Source of the DNA: Chiloscyllium plagiosum
Taxonomy: Eukaryota
Assembly: GCF_004010195.1 (NCBI RefSeq)
Contig: NC_057718.1
Coordinates: 77,811,571 to 77,875,570 of the forward strand
Reading direction: 5' to 3'
DNA length: 64,000 bases
The position numbers and the translations under genes were made by a program. Shown here piece by piece: positions 24,626 to 36,039 of this stretch. Under the pieces are notes generated by a model. The model saw only the letters and a list, made by a program, of their open reading frames with translations, searched no databases and had not been told where the DNA came from. Positions within the stretch are counted from its first letter, which is position 1. Every line of letters starts with the position of its first letter.

Positions 24626-25301
24626 CATCCTACTGGGAGAAGATAAGCTTATACTAAGGACAGTAACTGATCTGTGCAGAAGTGCCAAAGTTGTCAATCA
24701 ACAACTACAGCACATTCATGGCAGAACACACCAGGTCTCACATTGTGCTAACAGATACTTCAGGTATGGTACACCAATCATGAAAAACAAGACATATCCA
24801 GTGTGGGTAAACTGGCATTTACACTGAAAAATGCTGAATCATTTTCCACACAATTGTATGGCTAAAAGAAGCAGGTATAGGTGGCCACTGAAGAGACAGT
24901 GGCTGAACATTCTGATGAATCACTGTACACCATACACCAGGTTAGCTCAGTCGAGTTTATAGATGATACAGGGTTTGTGACTGTTGGAATGAGAACTGCA
25001 GAAGAACAGCAGGATAATATAAAATGTCAGATAGACACTGGTGCATCGTGTAACATCATAACCTTCACAAACCTGTCCAATGTGGCTCAACATGATGATG
25101 CCAAAATAAAGCCCTCAGAAGTAAGTTTAAGATTATATGATAGCATCACATTCATACTGAGAGGACAAATTACTCTGTGAGCTCATTATAATAAAATATA
25201 TTATAGCACCAGATTCATGCTGAGAGGACAGCTTACTCCGTGAGTCAAAGTTAAAAATCACACAACACCAGGTTATAGTCCAACAGGTTTAATTGGAAGC
25301 A

Positions 25302-25337
25302 CACTAGCTTTCGGAGCGTTGCTCCTTCATCAGGTGG
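25302..25337 (-). ncRNA. Minimal hammerhead ribozyme motif (family B)
   Basis: CCAC-CTGATGA-A-GGAGC-AAC-GCTCC-GAAA-GCTA-GTG; helix I CAC/GTG. Confidence 0.78.
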
Positions 25338-25341
25338 TAGT

Positions 25342-25377
25342 CCACCTGATGAAGGAGCGACGCTCTGAAAGCTAGTG
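25342..25377 (+). ncRNA. Minimal hammerhead ribozyme motif (family B)
   Basis: CCAC-CTGATGA-A-GGAGC-GAC-GCTCT-GAAA-GCTA-GTG. Confidence 0.72.
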
Positions 25378-25470
25378 TGCTTCCAATTAAACCTGTTGGA
25401 CTATAATCTGGTGTTGTGTGATTTTTAACTTTGTACACCCCAGTCCAACACCGGCATCTCCAAATCCGTG

Positions 25471-25659
25471 AGTCAAGAGTGTGATGCTAGAAAAGCACAG
25501 TAGGTCAGGCAGTACCAGGATGAAGGCTTCCTGATGAAGGGCTTTTGCCCAAAACATCAACTCTCCTGCTCCTCGAATACTGCCTGACCTGCTGTGCTTT
25601 TCCAGCACCACACTTGCGACTCTAATCTCCAGCATCTGCAGTCCTCACTTTCGCCTAGA
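25471..25659 (+). mobile_element. Fold-back mini PLE, family A
   Basis: Inverted arms plus tail; TSD TTACTCCGTGAG (25233-25244) / TTACTCAGTGAG (25660-25671). Confidence 0.85.
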
Positions 25660-25758
25660 TTACTCAGTGAGCCCATTGCAATAGCATGAACAAGATTCTG
25701 AAGTTCCATCCCATAGCTGACAAGCAAATGCTAGTCTTCTCAACTGGAGCAAGTCTAA

Positions 25759-25980
25759 GTTGAAACTTTATTGCTGGAACAGCACAGCAGGTCAGGCAGC
25801 ATCCAGGGAACAGGAGATTCGACGTTTCGGGCACAGGCCCTTCTTCAGGAAACCTGAAGAAGGGCCTGTGCCCGAAACGTCGAATCTCCTGTTCCCTGGA
25901 TGCTGCCTGACCTGCTGTGCTGTTCCAGCAATAAAGTTTCAACTTTGATCTCCAGCATCTGCAGACCTCACTTTCTCCTC
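25759..25980 (+). mobile_element. Fold-back mini PLE, family A, very young
   Basis: Perfect 93-bp arms 25757-25849 / 25853-25945, AAA loop, 35-nt tail; perfect TSD GGAGCAAGTCTAA at 25746-25758 and 25981-25993. Confidence 0.95.
25816..25852 (-). ncRNA. Minimal hammerhead ribozyme motif (family A)
   Basis: TTC-CTGAAGA-A-GGGC-CTGT-GCCC-GAAA-CGTC-GAA; mirror copy on + at 25853-25886. Confidence 0.78.
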
Positions 25981-26487
25981 GGAGCAAGTCTAAAGCCTGT
26001 TCCGAAAGAGAAGTGCAAAGTGTCACACTATACCAAACCTCCGACAGTGAAAAACATCCCACATGAGTACAAAGATGGGTTCACAGGGTTAGGATATCTT
26101 CTCAGAGAATGTCATCTTAAAATAGATGAGAATGCAAGGCCAATTCACTATCTGTCAATTCAGATTCAAAAAGTTCCTGTTGCCCCAAAGGTAAGACTGA
26201 AAAATAAGATAAAAGAGCTGAAGAAGAGAGTAATCAAGAAAGTGACAACTCCTGTACAGAATGGATTAGCATCAAGGTAGCAGTGAAACGAGCTGGAAAG
26301 CTGAAGGAGTACATTGACTCAAAGAATCTAAGTAAGGCCCTGAATAAATCTTAGTATCCCATGCCATCAATTGAAGGGAGTTTCTCACAACTCACCAAAG
26401 CAAAATTCTTCACCGCCGTAGATGTGAAGAAGTGTTATTAACAAGTGAAACTAGAAGTAAGCAGCAGCTTTCTAATAAGCCAAGTAA

Positions 26488-26690
26488 ATTCAAAATACTG
26501 TGGATGTTGGAAATCTAAAGCAAACACAGAATACTGGAGAAATTTAGCAGATCTGGCAGAATCTGCAGACATAGAAACTGAGTTAACATTCAAATCTGGT
26601 ATGATTCTTCTTCAGATAATTCTGTTTCTCTCTTCACAAATGCAGCCAGACCTGTTGAGTTTCTCCAGCATTCTTTTTGTTTCAGTTTCC
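26488..26690. mobile_element. Old fold-back PLE, family C
   Basis: ACAGAATACTGGAGAAATTTAGCAGATCTGGC inverted against GCCAGACCTGTTGAGTTTCTCCAGCATTCT; decayed minus-strand core CTGAAGAA-GAATC..GATTT-GAATGTT. Confidence 0.7.
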
Positions 26691-28479
26691 CAACTATTCT
26701 TTACATCCTTCAAGAGATACAGATGGTTAGGTATTTTCTTTGGCATTTCCAATGCTTCAGAAGATTATCAACACACAATATGCAAGATAGTTCATGATCT
26801 TCCTGGATGATCTACTAGTCTCTGGATTGGAGACACAATGGAAGAAGTCACTGCTGACCATGATCAAAATCTAGGGTGACTGCTAGACAACATTCACCAG
26901 GTTGAACTTGAAGTTGAACAAAAAACTATATTACTATTAAAGGTAACTGAAGTCAAGTGATAGGCCATGTACTGACAGCAAAAGGTCTTTGCCCAGATTG
27001 CAAAAAGGTGAAACTGTAGTCAAACATGCAGCCAAACACAAACAATGAAATAAAGGATGACATCAGACTATGCAGTGTTCATAAAGACGTCCCAGACAGA
27101 CCATGAATGAAACTGGGAATAGATCTCTTCACACTTGCTTGAACTGTTTGTCGTGATTACTACTGGCTACTGAACCAGCGAGCTTCACTATCTATCACTG
27201 AGATTGTCAATTGCCTAAAAGTATACTTCAGCTGTTAAGGTATTCTTGACATTGTAATGAATGACAATGGTCTTCAGTTCATGAGTGAAGAACTGAATTG
27301 CTTCATGAAAGATTGGGAAATTTAATACCACGTAGTCAGTGTTCCTGTCAATTATATTTTTCTTTTGTGAAGATCTCTGAGCTCCATGCATGACAGTGAC
27401 CTTCAGGATCAGATTTCTCTCCAACACTGCAACAGTGATTGCCATGCCAGGCATGGACAGTTGGAGCAGCTGCATGTGTGTGAAGCTAAGAGGGAATGTG
27501 GTGCACAGCATCTCCACATTATTCCGAAATAAATAAAAAGACTAATGCAGCAGTTAAATTCACTGAAGAAATCATAAAGAAATTGTGCAAATTTCATAGA
27601 CAGGATACTGGGCAATCTTCAAGCGGAAAAACATACCTATTGAAGGTATGGAAAATAGTCAATTCCAAAGGCCAATGTCACACTCTGCACAAATTACTCT
27701 CTCAATAATGAAAAAGCTACTGAAGCTAGAAGTAGTAACAGATGTGGGTGGAAAAACCAAGGTGAAATGTCAAAAAGCTATATTTCATTTCCACAGGATT
27801 GTTAAATGCCAGAGTTAAGCATTGGCAAACCAGTCAGGACACAAACATTTACAACAATTCTCAACAAAATCCAGCTCAAGTGGCAACTTTGGACCTGTTT
27901 AGAGGAGTTGTCACATCAATTGTATGCAGTGGAAGAGAGCTATCAGATATACTGTCGCAACTGCAAGCACATACACAAAATCCAGAAGCTGTTCCTCAGC
28001 TGATCAGGAAAAGGTGAATGCACCACCTACACAGAGCACATAGAAACCATCAGAACCTGAGGTCCACAGCCACACAATAACAGAAATAAAAGTGCAATGG
28101 TTAATATAGCAGACAAAAATGAGACTGGAATAATATTTTCTGCCAAATATATATCACCCAGATGAACAGCCATTACGATTCTTAATCCCGCATTGAAACA
28201 AGGTCGTCCCAATACCAGTCTGTGTACTAGCTTGAATCTGTGTTCCCCCATTCTACTCCTACAGTACATGCAGTAATTGTAGAGGCACGCATTGCACAAA
28301 GTATATTTAACACAGGAATGAGGCCAGTAGGTTGATTTAATATATCTGGTCTCATTTTGTTTGCCAAACATGATCTGTTCTCCCTGCACAAATGAATGAC
28401 ATTGCTTGCATTAGCCAGAATGCTCCAATAACTGCATTAAACAACAACTAAAGTTTTGTTAACTTCTTATTCATGCTGT

Positions 28480-28960
28480 TTTTCCATCAAACCACTGAAA
28501 GCTCAATGGAACAAGTTGATGAAATCTAAAAGATTTCGGATAAATACGTGGCATTGCATATTGGAAGGGAAACATCAGAAAATTTGTACTCAATGGATGG
28601 CATTAAATTGGCTAAGAATGAATATGAAAGATACCTAGGAATCCTAGCACACCCAATGCTCACCATCCCCAACAAATCCAGGCTGCATTCGACAATGCTA
28701 AGACAAGGTTCAACTTTATACACAGAATGGTACGGTATAGTAGAAGTAGTGATCAGGTTCTACAATGCTCTGGTCAAACCACACATCAAACTGGGTCAGT
28801 TCTGCTCACTGTCAAACAATGCAGGTATTCAAGTACTGGAGACAGTTAGAGAAAGCCCAGTAGGCCTCGTGCCAGAGGTTTATGAAGAAGGACTGAAGAA
28901 ACTCAAGCTTTACAGCCTGGATAGATGACAACTGAGAGGTAATCTAATAGTGACACTAAG
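28480..28960 (+). mobile_element. Degraded CR1 ORF2 C-terminal fragment
   Basis: ORF 28548..28928 ERYLGIL...FYNALVKPHI...YEEGLKKLKLYSL. Confidence 0.8.
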
Positions 28961-29869
28961 AGTTTCACATTTACCCCTGGCTTATCCTGTCCTCACAGAA
29001 CTGTGCCTGTGATTGCCTATGATGTATGCCTGTAGGCCAGCAGTGCAAGTTTTTAAGCTGCAAGTAACAACTGACACCCTGAGACACACACACACACTTT
29101 GAAAAGGCTTTTCACATTAATTTGACACATGAGGTTAGATCATAAAAAGAGGCCAAACACACACCCATGATGATTGTAGTTGGAGGTCATAAATGTTCTC
29201 ACAGATGTTGAAGCATCAAGTTTCACAGTCCAACATGAAGTAAAATTTCACTTTGACATTACAGAAGGTACAGAAATTAGACAGGAATTGAAAAAAAAAG
29301 TGTTCTTGACAAATAAGTGGCTGATACAAAGGACTATCATCCAATAGGAGTTTGTATGTAGAAGCAGGGCACATATTAGATATGTTCCAGGTTACTAACA
29401 CTCACCTGTACTCAACCATTTCTGGACATAGCAAAAAGAAATGCCCCTTCCCAAAGACTCCACAAAACACAAAGATGACTTAGAATCTGAATGAGTATCG
29501 TAAATATATATAAAATTAGTGACCAGCAAGATCACAAGCAGTTCCTCAGGCAGCCTTTCAGGAATTCTCTGTGCCTCCACCTTGCAATTACACATCACTT
29601 AGGACTAGTACACTAAAAAGATAACAGCACAAATATTAAGATGGCCACAGAGTTGTTGGAGCAATACAGTTGCGCATAGTGACTATACATAGTCCTAACA
29701 AGGCAGACTCAGTGGGATTCACCATGAAAATTGAAACATCTGGTAGACAATTCTCCTGCTTCTAGAACTCAAAAAATCCCCTTTGGAAATTTTGGAGAGT
29801 TCCACCTCAATTAATACTTATCCAGAAAATGTACTCTAGGTCCTAGATAGCTGTTAAACTGACCCAACT

Positions 29870-30450
29870 CATCATGGATCCCTTTTCCCTATACTTTCAA
29901 CTGTACTCCACTCCCCAGCTTAATCCCACACTCCTTGTCTCCTCCTTACCAGACCACCATCACCAACCCCACCAGACCCTTTTCAAATTACCAGTTTTGA
30001 TATCCCTCACTCCTGCCAATCTGACCTGGCATTTCAACCCAACCTGACCCAACCCGAACATTCAAATTACCAGCAGCATGATTATGACTCACCTCACCCC
30101 CTTCCCCCAACGCAACACACCATCTCCCCCCACCACTCCACCTCAACTTGACCTGACCTTCCTCCTTTGATCTGACTCAACAAACGCCTTCCTCTCCTCT
30201 GCCATTGCACTGGAGAATACCCAACCCGACTCAACACTCTTTGGCTTGCTGCACCAGATACTTTCCTGACCAGAAACCCAGTCCTACTAGATTATTGACC
30301 CAACTTCCCCCTCAACTTCTGACCTACTGAAGCACTCATTCACTTACCTCGTACTCTGGCATCCCATTCACCTGCACACGGCAGCCTCACCACTTAGCAT
30401 TTTACCTACAGCTACCTCCCCTCCACTAACTGCCTCACTAAACCCCTAAC
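29870..30450 (+). repeat. C-rich low-complexity tract with degenerate ACCCGAC/ACCTGAC units
   Basis: Strong G depletion on +; recurring CCCAACC and CCTGACC. Confidence 0.5.
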
Positions 30451-31149
30451 TTATCTGCATATTTACCCTTTCACAACAGCTATTAAAGTGGCTAGTGTGC
30501 TCCTGGGCATAGGATTCACAGAACACTGCAGATTGACTGCTGCAAGAGGTAGGCATCATTTCTATAATGATTTTCTGTCCTGCTGGATTCCTGGAGAAAC
30601 TTATAACAGGAGCCCCTGTCCAAATCTCCAGAGCAGAATACAATGAGAAGTAAATGGGTAATTTTTAATCTTATCAAGAGATCCTGGACCAATGATCTTT
30701 TATGTTGGTCTGCAGCACACAAACTGAAAGGGTGGCAGAAGCAAATTCAGGAGGGAAATTTCCTATCAAAAGGAAATTGGTTATGTATTTGAAAGTAAAA
30801 TATTCTCTGTGTTATAAAAAAAATGACCATGGGATCAGAGCTACTTGATAGTTCTTTCGAACAGCCAGAAAAGAAGCAGAGGGTTAAACGATCTCCTTCT
30901 GTCCTCTGTGATTTTTAAGATCATAATGCATTACCACATGTTCCGTGAGTAAAAAGCAGGAACACTACAACATCTTGCTAAAGATATAATATGTTAACCA
31001 GTAGTGAGATAAAGAACTAGGGAATCAACATTAAAACTTGCAGCTGTTGCTTTGTTTCAACATTGATATTTCAAGTGAAACAGTTGGAATAAATATGATT
31101 CATGTCAAAAAAAAAGAACATAATATCCAATTAAATGCAAGGTAAGATT

Positions 31150-32330
31150 TGAAATACTTAAGGATATTATTAAATTGGAGAGGGTGTAGAAAAGATTTAT
31201 AAGCATGTTACCAGCACTGGAGAGTTTGATTTATAAGGAGAGGTGTTATGAAGATGTGCGTGTCCTGTACCTTTAAGAAAGTTAAAAGCTAGCAGAACAA
31301 TCTGACAGCACCAAGTGTTCTGAACAAGATACAATGTAACGTTTTGGTCCAGCAGCTGGTGTAGCTGGTTGCCTGGAGACAGAAACAAATTTGAATTAGG
31401 CCAATCAGTTTAAATTATACTCCAGAAAATACCAAATTCTAATCAAGTTTGAAATTAGTACCTTGACAATATTGAAAGTCAATGACACAATCTGATGCTT
31501 TGAGGGTGTAAGACCTGGGAAAATTGAAAGCCACTAACTTCTGCAGACTGCCCGGAAAATTAGCTCTCTTAACGGTACATTTATCTATCAATCACCTGTG
31601 AAAGAGAAATTCTAAGAAAAAGAAAGTCCACAGAGGAAGGTACAAAGGGAAGATTCGACAGCTGCTTGGTTTTGAAATTTGTATTTTGGTAAATCTTGGT
31701 CGGGGATTTATCAGCCTAGTATTATGGAAGAGAAAGTAAAAGAGAGGTTAGAGGAAGGAGTGGTAAATAGGTGTTAGTTAATTATTCTCTGTTATACTTT
31801 AAGAAATAAAGTTGTCAATTTTTACTTTAAATAGCTCTTGGCCTCTTGAATTTTCACAGATTACCACAAGGGACAAATCCTTTCTGTGTTGCTGGTTTAA
31901 AATTAACAGAGGGGGTTTACCCCGTATCTTAACAGAGGGTAGTTGGGAGCACTGGAGGTTGAGGTATGACCTGACAGAAGTTTATAAAATCATGGGGGAC
32001 ATGGATAGAGTGAATATCAAAGGTCTTTTCTGTAGGGGAGGGGAGTTCAAAATTAAAGGGCATAATTTTAAGAGGTGAAGAGAAGGATTTAAAGGGAACC
32101 CGAGGGACAACATTTTCACACAAAGGAATGAAATGCCAGAGAAAGTAGTAGGTGCAGCTACAGCTACAACATTTAAAAGACATTTGGACACGTATGTAAA
32201 TAGAGCAAGTTTTGAAGGAGATCAACCAAACACAGGCAAATGGGACTAGTTTAGTTTAGGAAACTTGATTGGCATGGACCAGTTGGACCAAAGGGTCTGT
32301 TTCTGTGCTGTAGGACTCCATAACTCTGTG
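31150..32330 (+). mobile_element. CR1 3' fragment split by the solo LTR
   Basis: RLRYDLTEVYKIMGDMDRVN (ORF 31812..32078), followed by a CR1 3' UTR. Confidence 0.85.
31244..31934 (+). mobile_element. Solo LTR (691 bp) inserted in CR1
   Basis: TGTTATGA...TCTTAACA (7/8 inverted match); TSD GAGG at 31240-31243 and 31935-31938; CCAAT at ~31401 and AATAAA at ~31805. Confidence 0.82.
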
Positions 32331-32367
32331 ATGCTACGATGATACTTTCCCAGATGTGATTATCTGT

Positions 32368-32510
32368 AATAAAAACATAAATTGCTGAAAAAGGGTCACT
32401 GGACCCAAAATGTTACGTCTGTTTTTTCAGATGCTGCTAGACCTGCTGAGTTTTTTCAGCAAATTCTGTTTTTGTTGTAGATTTCTAACATCCTTGGTGC
32501 TTTGTTATAT
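32368..32510 (+). mobile_element. Old PLE terminus (family C-like) with decayed hammerhead
   Basis: CTGAAAA-A-GGGTC-ACTG-GACCC-AAAATGTT, then CAGATGCTGCTAGACCTGCTGAG. Confidence 0.65.
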
Positions 32511-33246
32511 TTTGATTATTTGTATGGATACTAAACAATGACATACATAAAACGATAGTAAGTATCACTTTCTCTGAATGTAGCTAATTCTTCAGAGTTT
32601 TCTCCAATGTCTGTATTTGAGAGAATTTCTGAACTAAATGCAGTATCCACTGCATTGCAAAAGAATAAGAACTGAAAGTTAGTCATCTAGGACAGTAGCT
32701 TCAAAGCTCATCCTAGTGTTTAATAGAGCCAAAGGAAATTTCTGAGAACCATACATCTTTCATTCTTGAGTCACTCAGAGAACTTCTTAGTGGGAGCAGA
32801 TGACAAGCTGTTACACCCAGCTATCCAGCATGAAAGATTGACCCAACATGCAAAGTTGTTGCTGTTAAAAGTGCAGGAATTCATTCTAAATTCTGTTCTG
32901 GAATGCAAAAATTGTTTGGTCACTTGGACCTCAGGAATTATTTTTATAGATGGTTTTAATTTAGTTGACTTGGACGGTAAAATTAAAATGTGGCTTTTTT
33001 GTTATGTCGGGAATACAGGTATTCATGAGTTGACTGCAATTTGGGAAAGAATAGATCAGGGGTTTTTTTGTTTAGTTTCTCATTATGTATTTAAAGCACT
33101 TAGCTATAATTTACTGTCTTTTACCTCTGGCTGAAGATTGTCTTACTCCACCCCCTCTCCTTTCTGTGTACTCTTCCTTCAGTACACTTTTTGTAATCTT
33201 TCACAGATGTCTAACAAACATTGACCAGCATTCACAACAGATCTTA

Positions 33247-33368
33247 GGGCAATGGGTCTGGGTGAGTTGCGCTTCGGCAGGTCGGTGTGGACTTGTTGGG
33301 CTGAAGGGCCTGTTTCCACACTGTAAGTAATCTAACCTAATCTAATCTAATCTAATCCAATCTAATCT
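33247..33368 (+). mobile_element. 3' end of HE1-like SINE with (TAATC)n tail
   Basis: GTGGACTTGTTGGGCTGAAGGGCCTGTTTCCACACTGTAAG followed by ~8 TAATC-like units. Confidence 0.85.
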
Positions 33369-34179
33369 GTGGAGGAATCTTAGAGCCATAAGGCATGGAA
33401 ACAAACCCTTCAATTTAACTTGTCTATGCTGACCATGTTTTCCATCTATTTGTCCTACATGAAACATTACCCTCAAAATGTGTGATACTTTTAAAAGAAA
33501 TAGAAAGGCAGTCACTTGGAATCTGCAAAGAAATTGGCCAGGATCAGAAATTAACAAAGACAAACATTGCCTTACTGATCTCAATTTTTAAAAAATATAA
33601 TGAGCTTTAAAAGCATGGGCAAATGTAACCAAATGTTGGGAATATATGAAATTTGTGCACATTAACAAATTAGCAATTTTACTCCTGCTTGTAACTAATA
33701 ATAAAACATTTAAACTTTCTAATTTCAATTATTAGCTTTGTGTTATAAATAGATCTTCTTATTGAGAAGTTAAACAGATGGTTTCTTAAGCACCTAACCA
33801 CTATTTTTGTGACTTGGAACGCAGTACTGGTATTACATTAAATGTGATAACTGCTGCATGTGAACAGAACAAATTGTCAGTGGAAATCAAAGAGCTCCTT
33901 AAGTTCAGCAGTTATGTGGAGATGTAATTTCTGTACTCCTTCACCTGAAGGTATTGTAAATGTCAAAGTTTGCACCTTGACAACTCTAATTTGCATTAGC
34001 ACAAGATTCCAATCCTCTCCAGCCAACATTACTGCAAATGAAGATCCTTAAATTATTCATAAATATTTTTAGATGTGACATATATAGAATCATTAATTGA
34101 AACTGGAAATCAATGCAAAGGAACTATTACTTTTAAAAAGACAGTTTTAAAATAGTCTAACTTAATCTTGTCTAGTACT

Positions 34180-34950
34180 TAGAACATAGAACAGTACAGC
34201 AGAGTATAGGCACTTCAACCCATGATGTTGTGTCGAACATTTATCTTAACCTAAGGTTAACCTGACCTACATACCCCTCAATTTACTGCCATCCATGTGC
34301 ATGTCCAGTAGTTACTTAAATGTCCCTAATGTATCTGATTCTACTCCATCACTGACAATGCATTCCACACACCCACCACTCTCTGCATAAAGAACCTACC
34401 TCTGACATTTCCCCTAAACCTTCCTCCAATCACCTTAAAATTATGATCCCTCGTGATAACCATTTCTGCCCTGGGGAAAAGTCTCTGGCTATCTACTCTA
34501 CCTATGCCTCTCTTTACCTTGTACACTTTTATCAAGCCATCTCTCATCCTTCTCTCCAGTGTGAAAAGCACTAGCTCACTCAACCTCTCTTCATAAGACA
34601 GGCCCTCCAATCCAGGCAGCACCCTGGCAAATCTCCTCTGCACCCTCTCTAAAGCATCTACGTCCTTCCAGAACTGGACACAATATTCCAAGTATGGTCT
34701 AAGCAGGGTTTTATAGAACTGCAGCAAAACCTCACGGCTCTTAAATTCATCCCCTTGTTAATGAAAGCCAAAACACCATATGCCTTCTTAACAACCCTAT
34801 CAACATGGGTGGCAACTTTGAGGGATTGATTTACGTGGACCCCAAGATCCTGCTGTTCCTCCACACTGCCAAGAGTCCTGTCTTTAACCTTGTATTCGGC
34901 ATTCAAATTCGACCTTCCAAAATGAATCACTTCACATTTATCCAGGTTGA
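34180..34950 (-). mobile_element. CR1 3' fragment
   Basis: ORFs 34341..34727 and 34658..34990 (KCEVIHFG, RPYLEYCVQFW). Confidence 0.92.
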
Positions 34951-36039
34951 ACACTACTATTTCAGCAAAGTAAAATAAATTGTGGTCCACAAGTTTCTTG
35001 TGATACTATGACAATAGGTGAATACAACACAAGCAACACTGTCACGAATCAATTATGTATCTCTGGTCTACAATTTTACAGAAGTGTAACATTTAAAAAT
35101 CCTTATCTTCTGCCTTTTCAAGTAATAACTCATGCTGGTTCCACAAACACTGACATTATTAAATAAATAGTTTTATTGGAGGTATTGCCTGTGGTTTAAT
35201 GAAACTCACAGAAACATAACATTCAGCTAGCACCTGAGACTCTCATCACTATCATTAGATATGCCCCTTAACACTGCAGGACAAACCCACCAGAGCTGGA
35301 GGCAAAGTTGAGAGGTAGTAAACAGTAAGGAGGGATTGGCCTTGGAGCCCTCAACAGTGCCTCCAAATACCAATGTTATGGCTTCAGGACAAACACGGAC
35401 AAAGAAACCCATTGAATGCCATCTTTCATCACTTTATAATCAATATTTCTTCATGTTAAATATCATTTAGAAGGACCACTGAGGATAAGGGCACTGCATG
35501 AACTTGGATTGCATTCAATTTGTGTCACCAAGAATAACCTAGTAGCAACATTGCTGACTAACTCCTGAGCAACATAGCTGTTCGATTGGATCTGCAGCAG
35601 GAGGTGAAAGAACCAACACAATGGAAAACCCTATTTGAACCTTGCCTTCATCAATGTATCTCTAATAGCTCCATCTGTATATGGTGGTATTTATAGGAGT
35701 GACTACCTTGTGGAGACAAAGTCCACCTTCATGCCAAGGCCATGTCCAACAGTTTGTGAGGCATGATCACTACTTTAAGGGTGACAGATGCACAATAGAT
35801 TTGACAGCTCAAGACTGGGTATCCGTAATGTACTGTGTCCAACAGCAACAGCAAAATTGTACATTAGCATAATTTTTAAGCACATGTCATGTTATGTGAT
35901 CCACTCTATTACTACCACTAAGTCATGAGACTAACCTTAATTCAATAAGAAATGTTACAAAGCATGTCAGGAGCAGCTCTAAATGTATCTAAAAATGAGA
36001 TGCTTATCAAACTGTGGAAGCAGCATTCAATATTTTGAA

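Larger units (their letters stand above)
25249..25464 (+). mobile_element. Fold-back mini PLE, family B
   Basis: 92-bp arms 25246-25337 / 25342-25433, 4-nt loop, tail 25434-25464; TSD TCCGTGAGTCAA at 25237-25248 and 25465-25476. Confidence 0.92.
23760..28310 (+). mobile_element. Decayed Gypsy LTR retrotransposon (gag, protease, RT, integrase)
   Basis: gag LKDERIRDRIVL (~24430-24465); protease CQIDTGASCNII (ORF 24881..25180); RT EYKDGFTGLG...KVPVAPK and RYRWLGIFFGISNASEDYQ; integrase remnants 27060-27700; outer limits uncertain. Confidence 0.85.

Noticed and set aside
25131..25245. ~62-bp diverged tandem duplication in the Gypsy protease region
   Set aside because: Real but old and local; no sign it is more than slippage.
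25757..25945. MITE or pre-miRNA interpretation of the hairpins
   Set aside because: The asymmetric tail, variable 10-17 bp TSDs and identity to PLE 3' ends favour a PLE origin.
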